A stretch of DNA of 20,000 nucleotides from Ancylonema sp. (Eukaryota), in the NCBI GenBank assembly GCA_050230475.1, contig JBFLGF010000109.1, positions 50,560-70,559 on the forward strand, written 5' to 3'. Both the position numbers and the translations under genes were made by a program. How positions within the stretch are numbered: position 1 is the first letter of the stretch; every line of letters starts with the position of its first letter. A model generated the notes under the pieces. That model was not told the origin of the DNA. It did not search any database and saw only the letters and a list, made by a program, of their open reading frames with translations. Of the stretch, positions 11,600 through 20,000 are shown piece after piece.

Positions 11600-12841
11600 G
11601 TTATATAACCATGGCCATTGGGTCGAAAGAGCATCCAAGACTGGATACATGCTAAACAAGTTGACTTCAGGAAAATATCTGCTTTCTATGACGATATATC
11701 TGGGGCAAGATTTTCGATATTACAAACTGGGACTCATTCAGAGTCAAATTGAGGAACAAAACAAAATGGTACACCTATTACCACCTTATATGCGAGAACA
11801 AACATTGCCGCACGTCCAAATGTTACAAAAATACAGAGGCAGGTGTGGCAGGAGCACATCCCTCGTCATCCCACCATGCAGTTGCTTCAAGAAGAAGAGG
11901 TATGGAAAGCTACACTAGCTTTTGCACGATACGAGCAGCCTAAGACCGAAGAAGTTGATCCACCAGCTTACACGGTAATGGCGCCTCAGTCAGAAATTCA
12001 TGCAGGAACAGTTCACGTATCTGATGAACAACTCAAACGAGTGCTGGAAAAACCGACGACAAAGCTTCGCACGACTACAACATTCACGAAGATTGGACAC
12101 AACCTTGGGTAATATGTCGATAATTACCAAGACCCTCAGCCACCATGCACATCGACACCATTCGAGTGTGCACGGAATCAGACACCAACCATACCCGATA
12201 TCGATGAATCACACGATGCCATCGAAAAGGAACTACGATGTTACTTATGTGGACAAACAGGACATACCATGACAAATTGCCCTCAACGACGCAATATCTT
12301 ACTCGATTCACCTCAGGGAGAGGGACCACCACCACATGACTATCCTCGACAAGCATAGATGCCAAAACCACCAATGACACTCTCTGTAATGGGACCAGAA
12401 AACACCAAACCACCTGTAATTCCTTGCAACGCTAGGTTGACAACCAGCTGGCATATACGAACCGCAGACAACAATCAATCGATACCTACCATTGGTGGAG
12501 AAACACTTTCACCACCAATATTCGATTTAGGTGCTCAGAATGTAACCATCGGTACCAAATTCGCCAAACAATTCATGCTCAAACCACAAGATCTTGATCC
12601 AGGCGAAGAATACGTCACTTCGGATGGAAAATACCAACAATCTTTGGGCACTACCAAGATAGCATACACCATCACCATTGGACAAGGCAAGAACCAAACC
12701 TCGGTTAACGCCAAGCTTCATCTGACACCTTCAGACAAATACGAGGTTATGTTGGGAAGTACTTTCCTGGGACCAATGGGAGGTATTACAAACCCATGGA
12801 GTCAACACTTCCATTATCGCGTTGACTAGCAGAAGCAAGGC
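11600..12841 (+). pseudogene. Decayed gag - CCHC zinc knuckle - aspartic protease (retropepsin) of an LTR retrotransposon, likely Ty3/gypsy
   Basis: ORFs 11843-12112 and 12359-12829 are one frame interrupted by TAA (12110) and TAG (12356). Between them is CYLCGQTGHTMTNC (CX2CX4HX4C, 12239-12280). Protease motifs IFDLGAQ (Asp at 12524) and YEVMLGSTFL follow. The upstream gag part is frameshifted and its start is approximate. Confidence 0.85.
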
Positions 12842-13675
12842 TGTCATGCCTCTATGAATCGTTAGCCGAAAACCCCTCTATTTTAATAAGAATATTAAAA
12901 TAGCGGCACCGCTATGTTTTTTCGCCTTGTGACGACTCCGCCCCTGCTCATTTCATTCCGAGCGTCGTCGTTGACCGGCGCCCCTTTAATTAAGTTTTGA
13001 GTAGTCAACCTTTGACTAGCTCACCTTTGTATTTGAATTGATTAGACTACGTGTCAGACTTGTCACCAATATAAATCGTGACCGTAGCTCTTTAGATCAA
13101 CCGCTCATAGTCAAATAGAGATGTCTCCAGCCAATTATAGCGTGCGCGCCGAGTTGATATAGATATTATTGCCACGCGTACCGTAGTGGCTATACATAAT
13201 GACCCGGGTTTTTTAAAACGAATTAATTTAGCTAAGAAACCATCACTTGACCCAACCCGCGCACCCAATAGAAAATTTCCCAAAATCATGAAAAATATTT
13301 ATTACTTGGTGACCCACATTATAGAATGACCCACTTTTTTTAAAAGAAAATGAATTATTTAATTCGACCCGACCCACCCTTTTCATAATTATTTGTGGGT
13401 CATTATGCGTGGCCAGTACGGTATCCCAGCGAGCGCGCGAGTAGAATGTTCGAGTTTGACAATAAAGACTCTTGTACAACTTTCAAATCTCAACTTTCGT
13501 TAAATTTTTCCTTGCACACAATTGTTTTCCTCGACACTCTGGTTTTTTTTCCTTCCGCAATCCTGTAATCTGTAATCTGTAATATTTTGCTTTCGCAACA
13601 TCGTGTGTATCGAGCATTCGTTCAATTGTGTTTACTTTGCATCAAGTTGTTGCTTTGCAATTTTCGGTTCAGGAA
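12842..13675 (+). mobile_element. Second, diverged LTR-like sequence truncating the pol frame, itself interrupted by a MITE
   Basis: tgtcatgcctctatgaatcgttagccgaaaacccctctattttaat versus tgtcatgacgctggagatcgctaaggcagaaacccctctatattgat at 10274. Further shared islands (acttgtc..ataaatc..ccgtag; tgta..ctttca.atct; ttttcggt..cag) and an AATAAA near 13461. Right end uncertain. Confidence 0.5.
13181..13421. mobile_element. 241-bp Tc1/mariner-superfamily MITE (Tc2/pogo-like CCGTA termini) with TA target-site duplication
   Basis: TA|CCGTAGTGGCTATACATAATGACCC ... GGGTCATTATGCGTGGCCAGTACGG|TA, 21/25 inverted match; TA at 13179-13180 and 13422-13423. Confidence 0.88.
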
Positions 13676-13718
13676 AGGTACGTGAAAAGTGCAATTTTTT
13701 TTATACATACATGACGTA

Positions 13719-13990
13719 TATCTTTCGCCATATATAATGACCCGGAGCACCATATGAGCACCATATGACCCAACCCGCGCACCCAATAGAAAATGTACGA
13801 AAATCGAGATTTTTTTTTAGTATCCGGTGACCCACAATGTGGGTCCCACATTATAGAATGACCCAATTTTTTCAAGGCTCCCTCCTTCCCCTATAGGATA
13901 GTTGGATTGGATCAGTGGGTCGCGCTCCGCTCGCGGATTTTGCGAGCCCGGCTCCGAGCCGGCGCGCGTCCGCGAGCCGCCTGGCAAAAA
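13719..13990. mobile_element. Left part of a longer member of the same Tc2-like MITE family
   Basis: Degenerate TIR (gccatatataatgacccgg) plus blocks shared with 13181-13421: tgacccaacccgcgcacccaatagaaaat and cccacattatagaatgaccca. Confidence 0.7.
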
Positions 13991-14208
13991 CGAAACATCG
14001 AAATGCGAACTAAGTAATAATTCTTCTCTGCCAAGCAGGTAGTTACTAGTTACCGACACTTCGGACAGTACGTCCCTAACATAGTAACCATATTCTGATA
14101 AAAGTAAAAGACGCATTTTATTCAAGCACGATGGGACCCCCATCTGAGTACAACACCACCGTTATCGTACCAACCTAAAGGAACAGAAGAAGGAAAACAA
14201 CCCCAATC

Positions 14209-17200
14209 CTAAAACAACCGACCAACAATCCTTAACTCTGCTGACGACAATAACACCCGCGGAGGGGGGGGAGGTAACAGAGCCATACCCTCTTCCAATC
14301 GCAATGTCCTAGCATGGATTGCATGTGCTAGAGAACGTTGTAAAGCAACAGAAACTCTCTGCCGAAACCAAGTAACTAACAAAACTAACATTCCGCCCCG
14401 ACGCCCATTCAGTTGCGCCGCACGGTGAGCACAATCCACCAATAACCGATTGCTTGCATCGGAAAGCGCACCATACGTCTCTAACGCAAACGGGATAAAC
14501 TGGTCCCTGCCGCGCGATCACGATAGTGAGTTTCTTTGCGCCGTTTTGCATCTTCTGCGGCCACCAACCCTGACAAGCCGCCAATCCACCAAGTCACGCC
14601 GCGTGGGGTCAGCAATGACCACATCCACCAAAAAATATATGCCCCTCCACCAAATCCGAAATATCACAATATCCACTCGCCCCTCACGACCGCCCGGAGC
14701 GGAGGACGGAAGAAACCCCGTACGTTCACATTGAACATGCTGACCCGACTCGCGGAGGATGTGATGTACGGAATCTCGCACCGAGTCATGAGATGAAGTG
14801 CGCTCCACCCCTCGACTGCAGCGCATAAGATGCGTACCCAGGGCGTCCATAGAGTTGCCGCACGTGCACGTATCATAGGTAGCAAGGCAAGGGTGGGGAA
14901 ACCCGAGGCGCACGCGCACGGCAGTAAGGAATAGGGGAGGGGGGATACGAAGGGAGGGAATGATGGGGGACGCAGCCAATGACCCGCACCGGATCCACTG
15001 GCGGACCGAAGCGAGATCGGTGCTCGTCTAAAGGAATACTGTCGCTCGCCACAAGCACCTCAAACGCAGCAGCGTGGGTAGCATCAAGAAGTGTCGATTG
15101 CAAGTGAGGAACAGAATCCACGGCCAAGGTGGCATATGGAGGCAGTGCCGCGCGAGCTGTTCGGTGAAGAAGCTCTCGCGCTTCTCGAAGCACGATCTGT
15201 GTTCGTAGACCTCCCTCGTCCACAGTGCTGAAAAACGGGCCGAAAACCGTGCTGCTGGAAAGCTGATGCGAGTGCAGGCGCGGCGAGAGCATAAGAGCCA
15301 ATAAAAGCAACTGGGGCAAGAACCCGAGTTACAACCAAACCCACGCCCCCCCGGGCGATCGGCAAACAAGCTTGGTCACGCGACAAACCAATATGGTCCG
15401 AAGTGCAACCAACCACCCCGCCCAATAGATCTGCCTCTACAACCCTCCACAGCGTGGCATCGTACTCCCCGAGCTGGTCGAGGAAGGAAAAGGTAGGGTG
15501 GCAAGTACGCAGCAGATACGATGGTCGAGCAGCAAACACCTGCGTAAGTAGGCGGAGGGCCACCTGCGGATCCACAACGAGGCATAATTGTTAAAGACCC
15601 CGCGTATCTTCCTCCAACGCAGCTGCCAGGAAGCCTCGCACAAACTCGTTCGTCCCAAAAGGCGCCCCCAACACACGAATGCCATCTGTAGCATAAGAGC
15701 ACCCCTTCGGAAGAATCGGAAACACCTCCCGACCAGATGGTGACCACGCCACACACTTGGACGGCCGCACTGAAAGGCCGAGTTTTGCAAACTCCTCCAC
15801 AAAAAACTTAAAAACCTCCACCACACGGGGAGGGGACCCCACGATATGGGTGTCATCTGCAATTGAAGGGAAGGCGCAGTCCGGAAACGCCGCTGCGGTG
15901 GATCGAACCTGTTGCTGGTGTCCGAGGGCGAACAATACCCCTCCAAGGGGATCCCCCAGACGAGTCCCGGTCGAAGACGCCAAACTCCACTACCTCCTCC
16001 CCCCCCGCCAGATCAAGCACGGAAGAATAGGGGGGAAGACCCCCCATAAAAAGTTCGCACAAACGGGAACAAACTACTCAACCCCCCCCCCCGAATCACG
16101 AAGCTCCTCAAAGAACGCCTCGCGGTTGATGGTGTTGAATGCGTTCTTCACGTCCACCTGTATGACACCCCAAATTGGACGCGCTTCCAAAAGAAGTCGC
16201 ACCCCCTAGATCACCATCTCACACCCCCCTTAAAAGCAAAGCCGTACTGCCATTCGAAATGGTCGTGAAGCGCCTCCCGGATCTGAAGGCATATCGCACG
16301 GCTGATCAAACGATAAAAGCCCTCCCCCACAGCAAGGGGACGTACCGCCCCGCCACCCTTATCCAACGCCACCAGCCGAGATGCCCCCAATAGATGACAA
16401 ATAGACGCCGGAATACGACCCCTCGCAACATGAGCAGCCACGTGGAACAAGGAGGTCAAAACCACTAGCAGGGTCATCCGGATCGAGAACGTCACAAAAT
16501 GTTCAAACACCATTTCCAGACAACCCTGCAGCAAAATGGCTTGGGGCCCCTCGCAACGCCACAACGAATGAGTCCCTCTCGAGAATGAAATCGTCGGGAG
16601 GCCTAAAATCCCCAACAAAATCTGGGAGAGCAGCCGGGGCAATGGGGTGCAAGTCACGCAGCTGTGCCACAGTCTCTTCCGTCCCACGCGCTAGAGATTG
16701 TGACACTAGGGCCCGAGCTGACCGCGACAGCTCACCACTCCTTCCCAAAAAAAGCGCACGTTTAAGATTCCCCCCACCCCCTCCACCTTCCCCAATTGTG
16801 CCTCCGACGTCCCCACTTCTTCCCGCCTCCCACCTCCCACCATCCGTCCCCTCCCCCGTCCCCCCCCCTCCGCTGCTGCCTCTCTCCTGAGGGGGTGGGG
16901 TACAGCGAGCAATATGCTCATGATGCAGCGATTCCCAATCCCCCCCAAGAAATCGAGTAATACGTCGCCTCGTTTCCCTATGGCCAGCCTGACCGTGGAG
17001 GGGAAGGCACCAAACAGGGAACATCAAAAATACCTTCCACGCAGCAATATCCCCAAGGTCATCCCTCAAGCGACGGAGCGGAAGCACAAAAGCGCACTGG
17101 ACTTCTACCCGGATGGCATAAGGGATCTTCCGATATAGGCGGGGCTGACACAATCCTGTGGCAATAGGATCGCAAAGTGTAGTATCGAGGGCCCACGACC

Positions 17201-17426
17201 ACCGAAGACGGAGGTGGGAGGCGGGGAAGGGCCGTGAAGCATGTGCGGGGCCTCCCCCACTCAATGCAGGGGCCGGAACACATAATGCGACATGACGTGC
17301 CAACCATGCGGCGCCCGTATAGTGATTTCCACAATTGTTGGGGCAGTAAATCAAAGGCCTACCCCTAGCTGAAAGCTGGGGGAGGGACTTGAGTCCCTCC
17401 CCCTCCGGCCGTTGGTAGGGTCTCAA
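14209..17426 (-). pseudogene. Frameshifted polyprotein: N-terminal zinc finger, reverse transcriptase, CCHC finger, PD-(D/E)xK restriction-like endonuclease
   Basis: Motifs in order: CPNNC-x12-H-x3-C (17280-17345), RALFLGRSGELSRSARAL, RLVALDK..VRPLAVGEGFYRL, QYGF..KGG, VDVKNAFNTINR, GTRLGDPLG, PSIADDTHI (15852-15863), GLSVRPSKC, RVLGAPFG, LPIARGGVGL, CTCGNSMDALGTHLMRC..SHDSVRD, RVDIVI..LVDVVI, FIPFALETYG, RVSVALQR. They are spread over about nine frame segments. Confidence 0.93.
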
Positions 17427-17522
17427 ACGCCAAAATCAGCTGAAAACGAAATGATAACATTACTTGGGCTCAAAATGTAGCTTGTTTAAAGGGCTACATA
17501 CTGAATTTTAAAAATCCAAGAC

Positions 17523-17551
<29 letters not shown>
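17523..17551 (+). repeat. Poly(A) run of ~29 nt (oligo-U on the retroelement's sense strand)
   Basis: Directly visible; lies between the structured block and the retroelement ORF. Confidence 0.95.
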
Positions 17552-17553
<2 letters not shown>

Positions 17554-18044
17554 AATATAGAAGATATGCGACACTGAGGAAAGATCGCGTGACTGCCTCC
17601 CGGGCGCGGTGAGTTGAATGCGGAGGCCAACGGATAATCACCACGCAGGTGATCCGTAGAATCACGAAACGTGGCGCAGCTTAACCTGAAGCTGGGAAGA
17701 ATAGCTACCCACAGCCCTTTACGGCAGAGAAACTGAAGGTGTAATGAGGGCCCTAGACGAAGACACGTGGCCTGAGTGGCCTTACTTTCTCGGTTCCCCT
17801 AGAGTGCGCGGATGGTTATTCTGATGGTTACTAGAGAGATTGTGTTCGTCGGATCCGGTTTTTTTTGGCAACTGAAAGATTCTGTACCGTATCTTGAGAA
17901 TCTTCTGACATTCCGGCAATCGGACGACATCTGGGGGAGGGACGGGGCGGTGAACAACGCTCACCCGTCAGATGCGGGATTTCTTCAAAAACTGACAGAT
18001 TCTTTGGCGCAAACGACAAACTGAACTACGAGTCTCACACACTA

Positions 18045-18606
18045 CGGTAAACCCTTGATATAGTGACAATTTTATAGACAGTGGAAAATAATGTCACTAT
18101 ATCGAATGCCAGGGGTGTCACTATACATTATATAGTGACATTTGATAGGGCGACATTGAGCCACTGTCACTACATCGAAGGAAAGTGGAATTTCGGTTAT
18201 TTTGAGCGACCAAATCAGGTGTGCAGAGTTTGTTATTGAAGAAGGTAAGTAGATTATATGGCGTTTTACCCGTTTGTTATAATATCCACTTGCTTCAAAA
18301 ACCCTCTTTGTTGTAATAATGTCAGGACAGGTATATTTTATAAATTCAGACATATTTATTATTTATTTATTTTCTGTTATATTTGGGAGGTTATTAATTT
18401 CCACAACGTTAATTTAGACAGGTTTCACTCTATAGTGACATCTCAATAGTAAAATCTGGTTAAATTTGGTCACTATAACGTGTGTCACTATATCGATTGT
18501 CACTATATCGAGTGGGTTTTTATATAGGATTAGAAAAAGGGCATAAAAGATGTCACTATATCGTGATTGTCACTATATCGAGTGTCATTATATCAAGGGT
18601 TTACTG
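18045..18606. mobile_element. 562-bp pogo/Tigger-like MITE with 24-bp TIRs, TA target-site duplication and repeated subterminal motifs
   Basis: TA|CGGTAAACCCTTGATATAGTGACA ... TGTCATTATATCAAGGGTTTACTG|TA (22/24), with about ten internal copies of TGTCACTATATCG(A) in both orientations. Confidence 0.92.
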
Positions 18607-18833
18607 TACGATGGAACGGGAGGACATCGATGGTACGGAAAATTACGATAAACGGGAGACGTGCTAAACGACAAAATTGTAGCTTGCAAACGACAAGGGG
18701 GAATTGTGAACGGGGATGGGATAATGACGGGATACAGTGACGGGATACGGTGTTATGAAACAGTATTACGCAAGCATAATAGTCCATCGCTTAGCGGGGG
18801 ACGGGGCCACCATTTTTGTTTTGTTTTTTTCCT

Positions 18834-19130
18834 GTGGGTCCTGCTCCGCTCGCGGATTTTGCAAGCCCGGCTCTGAGCCAGCGCGCATATTTTCCGGCTC
18901 GGGGACCCACTATGGATTACATCATATAAATTATAAGGAAAACTTGGCACAACTATTTTTTGGATCAATTTTATTAATTAAAATTTGCCTACCGCACACT
19001 TTTGGCGCGTACTAATTTGTTGGCGTAATTGTTTGAACCTACTCATAATAATAAAATTTCATATTTGCTGGCTATTTAATTCGACCCGACCCACCTTTTT
19101 CATAAGGGTCACTATATGTGGCCAGTTCGA
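18834..19130. mobile_element. Right part of a Tc2-like MITE family member
   Basis: atttaattcgacccgacccacc.ttttcataa and gggtcactatatgtggccagttcga|TA match the right end of 13181-13421. 18834-18886 repeats 13915-13967. Confidence 0.72.
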
Positions 19131-19804
19131 TATCTGAAGTGTGGATTCAATTGCCCGATTAATTTTTTTTTCCCCAGTCCATCATTCCTTTTGATAGGTT
19201 TTACTGTAGATAAAGGAAAATTTGGAAAACATCACCAGATTACAGTTTGTCGTGGCGATGTTTGTAGAAATCGACGATGTGAAGCAAACTCTTATTTTTA
19301 ATCGCCTTAGATAGAGGTAACGTAACACAAGTAATTGGCCGAGTCTATTTGGTTGTCCTTCGATACCTCTTCCACTATGAATAGATCGTTTAGTGCACGC
19401 ATCAGACTTTTAATTTTGAACAACAAGACTCATAAAATGAAGGCTGCGTTTCTTGGACTAAAATTGGTTTTCAGCAAAAAAACCAACAAAATATTTTAGT
19501 ACGCCACACCCTAAAGACATCTAGTAGCGCGCATGATGACATCTGCCAATTATAAATGCACGCATGTGTATATACAATTAACTTACAATGAACGCCTCAG
19601 CAGCTTCCCAATAAACATTGTTACGGCAGCAACAATGATTACTATGGTCCATAATTTCAAAGCTAAGAAAACATAAAACTCCGTGGCAACGTCGCCCGGG
19701 AGAATAAAGCCTGTGACAAGACACACACAAACATTGTACAATAATTGTCAGATTCACCAATCATCACCCCCATCGGATCCACTAACAATGAGACAAGAAG
19801 CAAT

Positions 19805-19895
19805 CACCAGTAACCATTGGCCAGTAACCAATAACCAGTAACCGGTGACCAGTACCTAGCACCTCGTAACCAGTAACCAGTATCCAGTAACCACC
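19805..19895 (+). repeat. Degenerate (CCAGTAA)n heptamer tandem repeat, ~12 units
   Basis: ccagtaa ccattgg ccagtaa ccaataa ccagtaa ccggtga ccagta ... ccagtaa ccagtat ccagtaa cc. Confidence 0.85.
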
Positions 19896-20000
19896 AAGTG
19901 TACCTGAAACGCCAGGCGCCCTCCGCTGGACACTTCCTTCCGTGTCTCCCCCCCCTCCACAACCGTCAGCTTTGACGGTCGGCTCCCCTCCTCCACCCCC

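Larger units (their letters stand above)
14115..17781 (-). mobile_element. Near full-length non-LTR retrotransposon of the restriction-like-endonuclease (R2) group, CRE clade-like
   Basis: Single ORF with ZnF-RT-CCHC-RLE architecture. The 3' UTR has a hairpin (14130-14144) and AATAAA (minus strand, 14117-14122). The 5' boundary is inferred from the structured GC-rich block starting GGCCAC at 17781. No TSD found. Confidence 0.85.

Noticed and set aside
13095..13200. Possible methyltransferase fragment (RRVDIDIIATR) downstream of the protease
   Set aside because: Flanked by stops, runs into a MITE, lies within LTR-like sequence, and lacks motif I and PCQ.
17523..17551. Poly(A) tail of the CRE element
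   Set aside because: Wrong end and wrong strand: the element is on the minus strand with its 3' end near 14115.
17552..17800. RNase P/MRP, telomerase RNA, tRNA, HDV or hammerhead identity for the structured block
   Set aside because: GAGGAAAG and A-box-like TGGCCTGAGTGG occur on +, but there is no CR-V motif, cloverleaf or B-box, telomeric template, or USE/TATA promoter, and the ribozyme cores cannot be closed.
18045..18606. CRISPR-like repeat array
   Set aside because: Repeats are ~13 bp, irregularly spaced, in both orientations and bounded by TIRs with a TA duplication, so this is a MITE.

Overview
Eukaryotic genomic DNA, probably from a streptophyte alga or early-diverging plant (inference from the plant-type ACC protein and the transposon types). 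1-4923 (+) is the 3' part of an apparently intact homomeric acetyl-CoA carboxylase gene (central domain plus carboxyltransferase). It has six phase-consistent GT-AG introns and unusual Gly-rich and Ser-rich loop expansions. The remaining ~15 kb is a nest of decayed mobile DNA: an unidentified minus-strand coding relic (~5.3-8.15 kb), two tandem ~180-bp repeats ending in a nested 28-bp palindrome (9.0-9.7 kb), an LTR retrotransposon relic (LTR, leader, gag, CCHC knuckle, aspartic protease) cut off by a second related LTR, TA-flanked Tc2-like and pogo-like MITEs, and a near full-length, frameshifted CRE-like non-LTR retrotransposon on the minus strand (zinc finger, RT with IADD, CCHC, restriction-like endonuclease). 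The best leads are the structured, oligo-U-terminated leader upstream of the AUG-less CRE ORF, a possible link of the LTR relic to DNA-methyltransferase-carrying retrotransposons, and the palindromic tandem termini. No new system can be proven from this window alone.
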